Shown: positions 9,881 through 20,830, numbered from the stretch's first letter. The stretch: DNA of 64,000 nt from Cytophagales bacterium (GCA_013299115.1 JAAFKA010000014.1:1-64000), one strand, 5' to 3'. A program made the numbers and translations. The notes: generated by a model from the letters alone, not told the origin.

Positions 9881-9932
9881 TTACTTTTTCCATAGTGTAG
9901 GGGTTGCAACCCCTACACTATGGAAAAAGTAA
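9881..9932. terminator. Bidirectional terminator-like perfect hairpin (24-bp stem, tgca loop)
   Basis: ttactttttccatagtgtaggggt-tgca-acccctacactatggaaaaagtaa lies between convergent genes, with a T-run on one side and an A-run on the other. Confidence 0.7.
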
Positions 9933-9937
9933 TAGTT

Positions 9938-10558
9938 TTACTTTACCTCAATCAAAATATAAAAATCTGTCTTTGTTTTTTCTATATCCTGAACTTTTAT
10001 GCGGTGTGTTTCATTGATTTGCCAAGTTTCTTGCATATTGTCTAATTGCATATTGCCAAATTTTAGTTGATAATAATCCACCAATTCAGCATTAAGTGCC
10101 TCATAATCAGCTACTTCTTTCACTCTTATCTCTGCGTTAATTGCATTAACTTTGTCGTCTTTAAACAAATAAGTAATTTTGGCAGTTTCGCCTTCGCCCA
10201 ACGAGGCAGTGTAGTTGAGTTCAGTAGCAGTTTCTTTGGTTAGTTTGCCTAAGTCTGTTTCCAATTTTTTCACTTCGGCTTTGCTCATGCCTATTGTTAC
10301 ACCGCGAAACAGTCCGTCTAAATTGGTAATTAAAAGTTGGAAGTCTTCACTGTAAGCAGCAAAATGTTTAAGAGCAGAAAAAGAAGCCTCCATGTCGTCG
10401 CCTTCCACCTTCACTTTTGCAGTATCCAAATCCCCTGTTACTGTAATTGCAAGGCTGTCCGTAGTTACCGAATTGGTAGTTGCTTTTTCATCATTGCAAG
10501 CTGCAAGACCTAATAAAAATAAACTGACCAAAAATATTTGAGTTGCTTTCATTACCAA
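9938..10558 (-). CDS. hypothetical lipoprotein (206 aa)
   Basis: Signal peptide plus lipobox LGLAAC. Confidence 0.5.
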   Translation of the reverse strand: MVMKATQIFLVSLFLLGLAACNDEKATTNSVTTDSLAITVTGDLDTAKVKVEGDDMEASFSALKHFAAYSEDFQLLITNLDGLFRGVTIGMSKAEVKKLETDLGKLTKETATELNYTASLGEGETAKITYLFKDDKVNAINAEIRVKEVADYEALNAELVDYYQLKFGNMQLDNMQETWQINETHRIKVQDIEKTKTDFYILIEVK

Positions 10559-10684
10559 TTTTTTTGTTTAAAATATATTTTTTGTAAAATAAATACGAAA
10601 TTTGCGTTTAAACAATTATTTATAGCTTAATTGTTGATTTGGAAACAACTTGTACCCAAATTGTATAACCTGACAAGTAACACC

Positions 10685-11974
10685 ATGCTTAACACCACAA
10701 AAAGTAAAGATTTATTCGAAAAAGCCAAAAACTTAATACCCGGCGGGGTCAATTCTCCTGTGCGTGCATTTCGGGCAGTAGGCGGCAATCCTTTGTTTAT
10801 GAAAGCTGCAAAGGGTGCTTACCTCTATGACGAGGACGACAACGCCTACATAGACCTTATCAACTCTTGGGGACCTATGATTTTGGGTCATGCTCACCCC
10901 ATCATAGAGGAAGCTATACGCAAAGCCTTGCCTTTTTCCCTGTCGTTTGGGGCTCCTACGGCAAGAGAAGTCGAGATGGCAGAGCAAATTATTCGCATGG
11001 TGCCTTCCATAGAAAAAGTCCGCATGGTCAATTCGGGTACGGAGGCTTGTATGGCAGCTATTCGGGCAGCCAGAGGATTTACAGGCAAGAGCAAAATCAT
11101 TAAATTCGAGGGTTGCTATCATGGACACGCCGACTCTTTCTTGATAGCCGCAGGCAGCGGGGCTGTTACGATGGGAACTCCCGACAGTGCAGGCGTAACG
11201 CAAGGCGTAGCCAACGACACCTTAACAGCACCTTTCAATAATTTGGCTGCGGTAGAAAATTTGCTGGAAACAAACCTCAACCAAGTGGCTGCCCTCATCA
11301 TTGAGCCTGTTGTGGGCAATATGGGTTGTGTGTTGCCCCAAGAAGGTTATTTGCAAGGACTCCGCAAGTTGTGTGATAAATACCAAGTCGTTTTGATTTT
11401 TGACGAAGTGATGACAGGTTTTCGTTTGTCGAGTGGCGGTGCCCAAGCCTTGTTTGGCATCAAACCCGACTTGACTACGCTGGGCAAAATCATAGGCGGT
11501 GGCTTGCCTGTGGGGGCGTATGGGGGCAAAAAAGAAATTATGGACTGCGTAGCTCCTGTGGGCAAGGTCTATCAGGCTGGCACTTTGTCGGGCAATCCGA
11601 TTGCAATGGCTGCGGGGCTGGCTATGTTGCGTGAATTGGAGGCACACCCCGAAATTTACACCCAAATTAACGACACCACCACCCAAATTGTGGACGGTAT
11701 TCGTTTGGCACTGAACAAAGTAGGCTTGCGTTATACTATCAACCACATTGGTTCTATGTTTAGCTTGTTTTTTACTGAGCAACACGTTGTGGATTTTGAA
11801 ACAGCCAAAACCTCTAATACGCAGCAATTTGCTACTTTTTTCCAAGAAATGTTGGCAAGAGGTGTATATTTTCCACCTTCGCAGTATGAAAGTTTGTTTG
11901 TTTCGACTGCCATAGACGAGGCTGCTGTTACCAAAATAGCCAAAGCAAGTTTTGAGAGTTTACAAAAAATATAG
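10685..11974 (+). CDS. hemL: glutamate-1-semialdehyde 2,1-aminomutase
   Basis: IPGGVNSPVRAF, the PLP-lysine region and the protein length match HemL. The start is at the internal Met MLNTTKS. Confidence 0.9.
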   Translation: MLNTTKSKDLFEKAKNLIPGGVNSPVRAFRAVGGNPLFMKAAKGAYLYDEDDNAYIDLINSWGPMILGHAHPIIEEAIRKALPFSLSFGAPTAREVEMAEQIIRMVPSIEKVRMVNSGTEACMAAIRAARGFTGKSKIIKFEGCYHGHADSFLIAAGSGAVTMGTPDSAGVTQGVANDTLTAPFNNLAAVENLLETNLNQVAALIIEPVVGNMGCVLPQEGYLQGLRKLCDKYQVVLIFDEVMTGFRLSSGGAQALFGIKPDLTTLGKIIGGGLPVGAYGGKKEIMDCVAPVGKVYQAGTLSGNPIAMAAGLAMLRELEAHPEIYTQINDTTTQIVDGIRLALNKVGLRYTINHIGSMFSLFFTEQHVVDFETAKTSNTQQFATFFQEMLARGVYFPPSQYESLFVSTAIDEAAVTKIAKASFESLQKI

Positions 11975-12038
11975 AGAAAGTATTTATATTTTTAACCTCT
12001 ATTTACACAATTACAGACCTAAAATTATTAACCTCACC

Positions 12039-13913
12039 ATGCGAATTGGTATTTTTTTCGGTGGACAATCTCGTGAAAGAGAAATCTCCTATCTCGGTGG
12101 CAGAACAGCCTACGAAAACTTAGACAGAACTTTGTTTGAGCCTGTGCCTATTTTTGTCGATAGTTTTGGCAAGTTCATAGCCCTTAACCCCGATAACCTA
12201 CACAAAGAAGGTATCCGAAGTTTCTATCCGCCTGTGTTGCCTAAGCCTTACACGCAGTTTGATGTTTATGCGGAGTCTTTTGCGTGGGAAAATCCAATAA
12301 GCATTTATAATTCTGGTTTAGGGCAGGAGATTTTTCCCGATATGTTTCACCAATACATAGATTTTGCTCTCATTGCCTTGCATGGGCAACCGGGCGAAGA
12401 TGGCAGTTTGCAAGGTCTGTTGGAGTGGCATGGTGTGCCGTATTCGAGTTGCGGAATTTTGTCATCTGCTATTGGTATAGACAAAATTATGCAAACCAAG
12501 TTAATGAATATGGTAACAAAAATACACAAAAGGTACACAACTATTTCGTGGGAACAATGGCAAGAAATAGACAAAAAACAGTGCTTTGACAACATCATAA
12601 GCAAAGTGGGTTTTCCTTTTGTGGCAAAAGCACCCCATCAAGGTTCTTCTATTGGCGTGGCTATTATCAAAAAACAAGACGACTTGCAAGGGTTTGTTCA
12701 AGCTGTACAGCGTTGCTTTTTTGTGCAAGAAATTACGGCTTCGCAGTGGTTGCAATTCACACCAATAGAAAAACATCAATACCTCCAAGACATGACAGAC
12801 TTAGACAAAGGCATTGGTTTTCCTGTGGTGGTGCAAGGCAAAACTGTTTTGCACCCCCAAATTTTGGAGGCTGAACTCGATGCCTATTTTGCTACCAAAC
12901 CCCTCCCCCACCTCCTCTCCCCCACCGAAAAAGAGTCAAAAGAGGGACAAAACAATACGAATTTGCCTGTTTTTGCAAACACACACACCAACTCTACACA
13001 CAGTAGGGGGGAGGCTACACACCCGCCACACCTCACGCACACACACGCCAGTAGTGTGTTGATTTACTCTGCTCATGCCGAAGACGAAGTATTGTTTGAG
13101 GAGTTTATAGTAGGGCAAGAATTTTCTTGTGGTGTTATTCAGAATGCAAAGGGGGAGCCTGTTGCTTTGCCTCCTACCGAAATTATGAGTGCCGAAACTT
13201 TTGATTTTAACTCAAAATACAAAGCTGGAGGTTCTCGCAAACGAATACCCATAGACACGACTAACGAAAATATAGCCCAAATTCAGCAAGACGTTTGCAA
13301 GGTTTTCAAAGAATTAGGCTTTAATGCTTGTGCAAGAATTGACGGATTTCTTACATCAAAAAATGAAGTGTTTTTGCACGACCCTAATACCGTACCAGGT
13401 ATGTCGCCTGCCTCTTTGATATTCAAACAGACAGCAGAAATAGGGCTAAATATTTCGCAAACTTTGACTTACCTTATTCATACTTCGCTGAAAGAAAGGG
13501 CAAAAGTTTCGAAAAATACTATGCAATATAGGCAACAAGCCGAAGAATTGGCAGAGAAAATAGCCGAGCAAAAAATAGAAAAACAGTATTTGCCCAAAAT
13601 GGCTATCACTTTTTCAACAGACGAGGGGTTGGTTGCAGCCAAAAAAATCCACGCCAAGCACGCAGCAGAAGGTACGCATCAGGTCGTATTGGCACTGCAA
13701 CAAGGCGAAAAATTGTATGCTTTGCCCATAGACAGACTGAACAAAGACAGCGTAGCCGAAATTGTTATGCACTTGTTTGCACCCAAACATTCTGCCATTG
13801 TCAGCACCATAGCCCAAGCACGCAGCATTACCGCACAATATGCAGGAGATTTTTTGCAAACGGCATGGGAAATTGACCCCAATGAGTTGGAGGTGATTAA
13901 ATTTGTGGGATAG
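12039..13913 (+). CDS. D-alanine--D-alanine ligase family (ATP-grasp) protein with a low-complexity insertion and a C-terminal extension
   Basis: The MRIGIFFGGQSREREIS start is Ddl-like. An ATP-grasp region follows, then a His/Thr/Pro-rich insert encoded by a CA-rich tract (12890-13070), and an extra ~200-aa tail. Confidence 0.55.
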   Translation: MRIGIFFGGQSREREISYLGGRTAYENLDRTLFEPVPIFVDSFGKFIALNPDNLHKEGIRSFYPPVLPKPYTQFDVYAESFAWENPISIYNSGLGQEIFPDMFHQYIDFALIALHGQPGEDGSLQGLLEWHGVPYSSCGILSSAIGIDKIMQTKLMNMVTKIHKRYTTISWEQWQEIDKKQCFDNIISKVGFPFVAKAPHQGSSIGVAIIKKQDDLQGFVQAVQRCFFVQEITASQWLQFTPIEKHQYLQDMTDLDKGIGFPVVVQGKTVLHPQILEAELDAYFATKPLPHLLSPTEKESKEGQNNTNLPVFANTHTNSTHSRGEATHPPHLTHTHASSVLIYSAHAEDEVLFEEFIVGQEFSCGVIQNAKGEPVALPPTEIMSAETFDFNSKYKAGGSRKRIPIDTTNENIAQIQQDVCKVFKELGFNACARIDGFLTSKNEVFLHDPNTVPGMSPASLIFKQTAEIGLNISQTLTYLIHTSLKERAKVSKNTMQYRQQAEELAEKIAEQKIEKQYLPKMAITFSTDEGLVAAKKIHAKHAAEGTHQVVLALQQGEKLYALPIDRLNKDSVAEIVMHLFAPKHSAIVSTIAQARSITAQYAGDFLQTAWEIDPNELEVIKFVG

Positions 13914-13998
13914 TAAAAAAAGTATAAAGGATAGTTATTCTTAAACGAATAAATTATTTTGCCGTTATTTTAAACTGTTACCTTATTTCTATACGCCT

Positions 13999-15153
13999 AT
14001 GTTTCGTTTGTTATTCATTAGCTTGTTGTTGGGTTTTACTTTCCCAATGACTGCCCAAGATACAGATACTATTCCGACAGGGAAAATACCACCAATGGCT
14101 GCGCCTCAAATGACTTACGAGGAATTGATGGCTGTTTTTGAGCCACTGAAAAACATACCCGAAGGGGCTTCAATTCGCCAGATGCAGGAGCAAGAAAAAA
14201 AATTGCGCGAGTTGAGAGATAAGGCAAATTATTTGGTCAAATATATGGTCGACCCTATCAAGAAAAAAATGGCAGAAAACCGAAAAATGGAAAAAGAGGC
14301 TGTCAATCAACAGAAAAAACTCAACGAGGCTAATGCAGCCAAAGACGAAGCCGAAAAAGAAGCTGCAGCTGAAAGGGAAATGGCAATTCAAGAAAAACAA
14401 GCTGCCTTAGATGCCCTCAAAAATAGCAAACGCAAAAGAGATAAAGCTTTGTTCAACAAAATGAGTTCAGACTCGGTGCCAGCCCAAGAAGAATCGACTG
14501 AAATATCAAGCGGAGATGCCGTGGCTGATAGCACCAAAGCTGCGTGGGGCAAGGTAGAAGCTGCCGAAAAGGAATTGGACGAAATGCGAAAAAAATTAGC
14601 TCCTGTCGAAAAATTATCTAATATTATTCGAACTGCATGGGCAAAATTAGATACCCGACTCCAAACTGAAACCGATAAAGCTGGGGCTGATGCCATTAAA
14701 AGTTTCGAAACCTTGACTTTGGAACAAGTCTATGACCCTGTTACGAAACAAGTAAACCAAACTACGATTGACTTTTATAAAGAAAACTTGTTTTATAGTA
14801 ACAAGCCTTATACGATAAACTGCAAAAGTGGTGTGGGGGCTAACTTATTTAAAGACCTCGACCAAATCACAGGAACTACCAACAAAACTGCCACCGAAGG
14901 ACTAAGCAAGGAGGAACAAGCTGCCCAAAAGAAAGCAGCCGAAGACGAAAAAAAGAAAAACGCCAAAGAAAATATCAAACAAAAACAGCAAGGGTGCATA
15001 GGTTATGTAAGTTCGTTGAATAAAAACGAATTTTATAACCTCGTCGTTATCAAACTAACCGATGGTACTGTCAAAGCTATTTTGTGGGGCAAAAATAATG
15101 AAAAAAGACCCATAGATACCGAATACAAGCAAGGAGCTGTGAAGGTTTGGTAG
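13999..15153 (+). CDS. hypothetical secreted K/E-rich coiled-coil protein
   Basis: Signal peptide followed by long charged-helix regions. Confidence 0.5.
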   Translation: MFRLLFISLLLGFTFPMTAQDTDTIPTGKIPPMAAPQMTYEELMAVFEPLKNIPEGASIRQMQEQEKKLRELRDKANYLVKYMVDPIKKKMAENRKMEKEAVNQQKKLNEANAAKDEAEKEAAAEREMAIQEKQAALDALKNSKRKRDKALFNKMSSDSVPAQEESTEISSGDAVADSTKAAWGKVEAAEKELDEMRKKLAPVEKLSNIIRTAWAKLDTRLQTETDKAGADAIKSFETLTLEQVYDPVTKQVNQTTIDFYKENLFYSNKPYTINCKSGVGANLFKDLDQITGTTNKTATEGLSKEEQAAQKKAAEDEKKKNAKENIKQKQQGCIGYVSSLNKNEFYNLVVIKLTDGTVKAILWGKNNEKRPIDTEYKQGAVKVW

Positions 15154-15164
15154 TTTTAATTTTT

Positions 15165-15284
15165 ATAGAGGTTATTACGATTTGTACCGTACTCTTTGGC
15201 GGGGGTTGCCTCCAACTGCAGGGTCAATTAGTTGAAAATCAAGAAGTTATTTTTCTATACAAAAATTATCGTAATAACCTCTAC
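15165..15284. mobile_element. MITE-like element, copy 1 (~118 bp with 16-bp terminal inverted repeats tagaggttattacgat)
   Basis: About 95% identical to 18024-18137. The termini are perfect inverted repeats. It sits directly after a stop codon between convergent genes. Confidence 0.6.
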
Positions 15285-15324
15285 TTGATGTTCACTTTTT
15301 CAATTCAATCTTCAACCTTCAAAA

Positions 15325-16869
15325 TTATTTCTTTTTCCTACTTCGATAATAAATTTTGGTTAGGTAAAAGATTTCCTTGTATTCTATGCCTTTCTGGACA
15401 TCAAAAGTTTTCAGGCGTTGCATACCAGAAGCAATAAAATAATCTTCATACCACGTCTGCACTTCAGGATTTACCTCGTCTATTGGTTTTGCCTCTGTAA
15501 ATAAAGTATCTGTTTTGCTTTGGTCTATGTTTTCAGTGGGCAAACTATTGGCTGTTTTTTGTGCTAAAAAATATTCATCATCAACCTGCAATAGTGTAAG
15601 GCTATCACCTCGCATAGCCCAATGAGCTTGGGGTTGGAGGCTGTAACTGTCCCTGTCTTTGTAGGTAAAAGTATTATCCCATAGTAAGTTACCTGTTTTA
15701 TCGAAAGCAACAGCTACAAAATTTTGATATTTGTAAATATAAGAAAAATTATTTCTGCCACCTATTGCGGTTAAATTTGGGCGGCGGGTATTGGTAGTAG
15801 GCAAACCTGCAAAACTGGGATTGGCTACGCTGCTATTTTGCACAGTTGCCCGCAGGTAGCTGTCGCCAAAGAGCAGCAATTTATCTACTCTTTCTATCAA
15901 AGGACTTACCAAGAAATTATGGTCGAAACTATAAACCTTGCCTTTTTGCCGTTTTTTGTTTATTTTTTCAAATAATTTTTCTTTTCGAGTAGTTGGCAAA
16001 TAATTAAACACATTTCGGTAGTTGCTAAAATCATAAAATTTGATGTTTTCTATTGCCGATTCACTGCAACGAGCCACATAAAAACCTTGTGCAGCATCAC
16101 TGCCTTTTTTGGCATAAGTTCCAAATAGTAATTGTTCAGTAGCCGACAAGATGTATGGTCTAAAAGTCAATAAACCGTATTGTTTGTCAGGTAAAGTTGC
16201 CCATTTGCTCAACAAATGCCCATCTAAGGTGTAGTTTTGCACAAATAAATTAGGTTGGTTACTTTTTGAGGTAGTGAGCAACACACTTACACAGGTTTGG
16301 TCTTTGCTAAATGTAATTTCTTGCAACGAGGCTTTCAAGGTATTAATTTGGGGCAATACTTTGGGTTTTTTGTCCTGTTCGTAGGCAAACCACAAAATAG
16401 CAGGTCGGCTGTTGATTTCGCCACCAATAAAAAGCACCTTATTAAGTACCTTAAAATGAGTAATCTCTAATGGAATAATATCTTCTATTTCTATGATTCG
16501 GGCATTGCCTGTTGCCAATTCTACTTCTGCAATCTCGAAAGCTGTACTCTTTTTTTCTATTAGCAAATATAGAAACGTAGCATCATGGGTATATAACTTC
16601 AGTATATGTTCGTACTTCAAAAGCACTTGACTCTCCCATAGTTTTTGGAGTGTAGTGTCATATTTTACAATTTGTATAGCTCTTTTGTTGCCTTTCAACA
16701 AATCTTGACTTTCCAATAAGGTAATAACGCCTGATTCTTGCAAAGGCAATACATGATAATTGCTGCCATGTTTTGTATCTATTAGCTGCTCTATTTGCTG
16801 TGCAGGCACAATTTGACCTAAAATAGGTGAAAAAATACAACTAAATAGGATAAATAAAAGTAGTTTCAT
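15325..16869 (-). CDS. hypothetical secreted protein (514 aa)
   Basis: Signal peptide. No family recognised. Confidence 0.5.
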   Translation of the reverse strand: MKLLLFILFSCIFSPILGQIVPAQQIEQLIDTKHGSNYHVLPLQESGVITLLESQDLLKGNKRAIQIVKYDTTLQKLWESQVLLKYEHILKLYTHDATFLYLLIEKKSTAFEIAEVELATGNARIIEIEDIIPLEITHFKVLNKVLFIGGEINSRPAILWFAYEQDKKPKVLPQINTLKASLQEITFSKDQTCVSVLLTTSKSNQPNLFVQNYTLDGHLLSKWATLPDKQYGLLTFRPYILSATEQLLFGTYAKKGSDAAQGFYVARCSESAIENIKFYDFSNYRNVFNYLPTTRKEKLFEKINKKRQKGKVYSFDHNFLVSPLIERVDKLLLFGDSYLRATVQNSSVANPSFAGLPTTNTRRPNLTAIGGRNNFSYIYKYQNFVAVAFDKTGNLLWDNTFTYKDRDSYSLQPQAHWAMRGDSLTLLQVDDEYFLAQKTANSLPTENIDQSKTDTLFTEAKPIDEVNPEVQTWYEDYFIASGMQRLKTFDVQKGIEYKEIFYLTKIYYRSRKKK

Positions 16870-17071
16870 ATCATTGTTTCAATAAACTTCCATAATGATT
16901 TGGACTCAAAGATAGACATTTTTTTATAAAAACACCCAAATAAGTGGGTCATTAATTAGAGGAGAATTTGGCATTAAATCTTATCTTAAAATAAAAAACA
17001 ACAAGATACAAGGTTTTCAGATTCAAAAACTTATTTTTGTAGCTACAATTACGCACTTAGCTTAGTACGAT

Positions 17072-18010
17072 ATGAAAAAAGTGTTGATTACAGGGGCAGC
17101 AGGATTTTTGGGTTCTCACCTCTGCGACAGATTTATAAAAGAAGGTTATTATGTGATTGGCATGGACAATCTCATTACAGGCAATATGGACAACATAGCC
17201 CATCTGATGCCCTTGCCAACCTTTGAGTTTTATCACCATGACGTAACCAAATATGTGCATATACCGGGCGAATTGCACTATATTTTGCACTTTGCCTCAC
17301 CTGCCAGCCCTATTGATTATCTCAAAAAACCTATTCAGACTTTAAAAGTAGGCTCTTTAGGCACGCACAATTTGTTGGGGCTTGCTCTTGCCAAAAAAGC
17401 ACGTATTTTGGTGGCTTCTACTTCCGAAATTTATGGCGACCCTAATGTACACCCACAATCGGAGGAATATTGGGGCAATGTAAACTGTGTAGGTCCAAGA
17501 GGTGTGTATGACGAAGCCAAAAGGTTTCAGGAGGCTATTACGATGGCGTATCACAACATACACCATGTAGAAACTCGTATTGTCAGGATTTTTAACACCT
17601 ATGGTCCTCGTATGCGACTTGATGATGGCAGAGCATTGCCAGCTTTCATGAGTCAAGCCCTCGAAGGTAAAGACATTACAGTTTTTGGCGATGGCAGTCA
17701 AACAAGGTCTTTTTGCTACGTGGCAGATTTAGTCGATGGCATTTACAGGCTGTTGTTGAGTGATTATGCTTTGCCTATGAATGTGGGCAACCCTGTGGAA
17801 ATCACTATTAAACAATTTGCCGAAGAAATCATAGCTTTGACAGGTACAGACCAAAAAATAGTCTATAAACCTTTGCCCCAAGACGACCCCAAACAGCGTT
17901 GTCCTGATATAACAAAGGCAAAATCTATTTTAGGTTGGCAGCCCAAAGTGGATAGGGCAGAAGGTTTGCGAATTACCTACCAATATTTTAAAGAAAAATT
18001 AGGCAAATAA
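17072..18010 (+). CDS. UDP-glucuronate decarboxylase (UDP-xylose synthase), SDR family
   Basis: [10 protein letters not shown] Rossmann motif. The protein is UXS-like over its whole 312-aa length. Confidence 0.8.
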   Translation: MKKVLITGAAGFLGSHLCDRFIKEGYYVIGMDNLITGNMDNIAHLMPLPTFEFYHHDVTKYVHIPGELHYILHFASPASPIDYLKKPIQTLKVGSLGTHNLLGLALAKKARILVASTSEIYGDPNVHPQSEEYWGNVNCVGPRGVYDEAKRFQEAITMAYHNIHHVETRIVRIFNTYGPRMRLDDGRALPAFMSQALEGKDITVFGDGSQTRSFCYVADLVDGIYRLLLSDYALPMNVGNPVEITIKQFAEEIIALTGTDQKIVYKPLPQDDPKQRCPDITKAKSILGWQPKVDRAEGLRITYQYFKEKLGK

Positions 18011-18023
18011 TCTAAAATACTGG

Positions 18024-18137
18024 GGTTATTACGATTTGTACTGTACCCTTTGGCGGGGGTTGCCTCCAACTGCAGGGTCAATTAGTTGAAAATCAAGAAG
18101 TTATTTTTCTATACAAAAATTATCGTAATAACCTCTA
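18024..18137. mobile_element. MITE-like element, copy 2
   Basis: Same element as 15165-15284, again directly downstream of a stop codon between convergent genes. Confidence 0.6.
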
Positions 18138-18147
18138 TTACTCAAAT

Positions 18148-19296
18148 TTACTTTCTGCTTGCTATTTTTGCCAACGACTTTAAAAACGGAAATGGTGGAA
18201 CAGACCACATAATTTGGAGGTCTATACTAAAATGAGTTTGGTTGTCTAAAAAGTACAAAACATTTTCTATTGGATTGTTTTTGAATAAATCGGCAAAAAT
18301 TTGGCTGATACTTCCCCCGTTGCGTTGCATAATGTCTAAAAGCATGGCATCATATAATTTGAAATGCTTGTCGAAAGATTGTTTGTAAAAAGGCTGTCTT
18401 GTGGTGGCAAGGGCATGAACTGTGGCTGCCGAGTCTCGTTGAATGTTGAGAAAAGTGTAGCCCGTTGAGGGTTTTGATTGTCCGCCAGCTATTCCCATTC
18501 GTTTTATTCGGTTGCCTGCTTTGGCTTGAAAATTAAAATCTGTCATTGGAATTACGCCAAATTCTTCTTCTAAGATTTGAAACTGCTTGATTTTCAGCGT
18601 ATTTTGTATGTAGTCGTTTAAAATCGTCAAGTAGTCTGTTTCATTGGCAAAAACTTGTTTGCCAAAAATAGTAAACTCTACTAAGGCTTCGGTAGGCGAA
18701 TAAGGCAAAGTATAGACAAATCTCACTTCGCCCTGTTGCGGTTGCCTGAAATCAAACATAGTTATTTTGGAGGTGTCGAAATAAGGTTGCTGCGTTTGGA
18801 TTACGTAGCCCTTAAAGTGCTGCAAAATCAGGTGCGGTGCTTTGCTATACGTGGCAGGACTAAGCCGAGAGTCAAACACAAAATCGGCAGTGAAGGTTTG
18901 CGTAGTGGTTTGTACGGTTGCCTGCTGGTCGGTTTCGATTACAGCCACCACCGAGTCGTAATGAAATTGGAAGTTTGGAAACTGTTTGAGTTGGGTATGC
19001 ACCTCTTTGTAAAAATCTATGCCCCTGATGGTTTGGTAACGAAGTTTTTGTAGCGGATAAACAGCGTGGTAGGTATCAAAAAAAAACTCTACTGCCTTCC
19101 ATTCTCTATATACAATAGAGTTGAACAGCGTAGGTTGGTCTGTCCAGAAACACCAAGTTCTGTCGTTAGTATTTTTTGGAGTTTTGTCTATTATCAAAAC
19201 TTTTTTGTCTGCTAATTGGCTCTTACTCAAATGATAAGCTAAACTTAGCCCCGCACAGCCGCCACCTGTTAAAATATAATCGAAATGAGTTTGCAA
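18148..19296 (-). CDS. lycopene cyclase family protein (CrtY-type, FAD-binding)
   Basis: N-terminal FDYILTGGGCAGLSLA dinucleotide-binding motif, with length and sequence consistent with lycopene beta-cyclases. Confidence 0.7.
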   Translation of the reverse strand: MQTHFDYILTGGGCAGLSLAYHLSKSQLADKKVLIIDKTPKNTNDRTWCFWTDQPTLFNSIVYREWKAVEFFFDTYHAVYPLQKLRYQTIRGIDFYKEVHTQLKQFPNFQFHYDSVVAVIETDQQATVQTTTQTFTADFVFDSRLSPATYSKAPHLILQHFKGYVIQTQQPYFDTSKITMFDFRQPQQGEVRFVYTLPYSPTEALVEFTIFGKQVFANETDYLTILNDYIQNTLKIKQFQILEEEFGVIPMTDFNFQAKAGNRIKRMGIAGGQSKPSTGYTFLNIQRDSAATVHALATTRQPFYKQSFDKHFKLYDAMLLDIMQRNGGSISQIFADLFKNNPIENVLYFLDNQTHFSIDLQIMWSVPPFPFLKSLAKIASRK

Positions 19297-19411
19297 AAGA
19301 TTTAATATTTTTTTATTTTATTGATAAACTTATGCAAAGATAGAATGTTTTGAATTTTGATTCAATTTAGTTGTCAATTTAATTCAAATTACAAGTTTCA
19401 GTAGTATGCAA

Positions 19412-20830
19412 TTATTTCAAACTCGTAGCCAACGCCTTTAATTTTTCTTTGCGAGTGTCGGTAATATTGGCACAAGCCTCCAAAATAGCAACAATTACTT
19501 GGCGAATAATTGGATTTTGTTGTTGCAACAAGTCCATTGCCGAAATTTTATTGTCAAAAAACAACTTCACTTGTTGCAAAAATTCTAAAGCTAAAGTTGT
19601 GCCTAATTCTTGATACAAATAAGAAGTTAAGGGTGAATTTTGCAAATCGAAATTGGTAGGGCTTGTTCTGCCAAATTCCAATAATTTATAGACTGTTTCG
19701 TCTTTGTCTGTGTTTTGCAAGGCTTTTTGGCTGAGAGGAGGCAAAAAATCTTCTGCCCTGTCCACTTGTTCAGGGTTGCGAACATCACCCAAAAAAAAGG
19801 ACAACGGTGCATCGCCACCTGTGAGCAGTGCAGCAGCCTCTACTATGGCAATGGTCAATAATTTTGTGCCTAAATACAGCCTACTCACACGCAAATTTTC
19901 GGTAGCCCTTACCAAAAGTTGTTGAAAATCAGCTTGTTGTGGTGTGTTTTGGTATTGGTGAAAAATATTTTCGGCTTTGAGTATATGAAAAAAACCTTCC
20001 ATTCGAGCCAAGGCATTGCGGTAGCTGGCAGTAGTGTAGAGTCCGCCTTGTGCCAATTCTGCGTAGGTTTCGGGTAGCAAAGTCCACGTGCCATCGAGAA
20101 ATACACCTACATCAGCCGATGCAAAGTTTCGCACATCATTGTTGGCTACGGCTACGGCTTGTTTCACCATTTCAGTAGTCTGTTCAGCTTGCCATACCTT
20201 GCCCAAATCGTTGTTGATAGTTTGCAGTCGAACAGTCAATTTATCGTAGCAAGTTTGGTGTTGGGTGTCTGCCTTGCGAAAAGGAATGGTTGCTTCTATA
20301 CAAGCAAAAATGGCTACCAAATCCTTGACTTTCAATAATTTATGTAATAGCAAACCTGCTACCAAAGCACTTAAAAATTCATTTTGTCCGTTGAAAGCTA
20401 CCAACTGTTGCCCACGCTGAAAGCCAAATACAGCCAAACATAAATCGAAAGCCTCATGCGTAGGGGCATCGGCTTTGAGAGCAAGCATATAATTTGGTTG
20501 GCTATTGTCTATAAAAGGCAATAGCAATTCGGCTGCGTAGGTAGGAAATCCTTTGTCTATTTGATAATACACCACATCATGAAACAAAACGGCAAGAGTT
20601 TGGAGGTTATTCATGCCCTCACACACCTCTAATACGTGCTTAACTGTATGAAAACGGCGGCGATGCCCTTCCATTGCCGTAAACACAAACAGCCCCAACT
20701 GCTCTATGATTTCAGCCGAAGGTTGGTAGCCCAAATTGCTCAGCGAAGTCTGCAAAAGATGGATAATTTGGTGGACAGGAGATTTCATAAAATTAGCTAT
20801 TGAGTGGTTGTAAGTTGGTCGTACGACCAA
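19412..20830 (-). CDS. hypothetical protein, possibly HD-domain phosphohydrolase-like
   Basis: H...HD pattern (HTVKHVLEV ... LFHDVVYY). The family assignment is uncertain. Confidence 0.4.
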   Translation of the reverse strand: MVVRPTYNHSIANFMKSPVHQIIHLLQTSLSNLGYQPSAEIIEQLGLFVFTAMEGHRRRFHTVKHVLEVCEGMNNLQTLAVLFHDVVYYQIDKGFPTYAAELLLPFIDNSQPNYMLALKADAPTHEAFDLCLAVFGFQRGQQLVAFNGQNEFLSALVAGLLLHKLLKVKDLVAIFACIEATIPFRKADTQHQTCYDKLTVRLQTINNDLGKVWQAEQTTEMVKQAVAVANNDVRNFASADVGVFLDGTWTLLPETYAELAQGGLYTTASYRNALARMEGFFHILKAENIFHQYQNTPQQADFQQLLVRATENLRVSRLYLGTKLLTIAIVEAAALLTGGDAPLSFFLGDVRNPEQVDRAEDFLPPLSQKALQNTDKDETVYKLLEFGRTSPTNFDLQNSPLTSYLYQELGTTLALEFLQQVKLFFDNKISAMDLLQQQNPIIRQVIVAILEACANITDTRKEKLKALATSLK

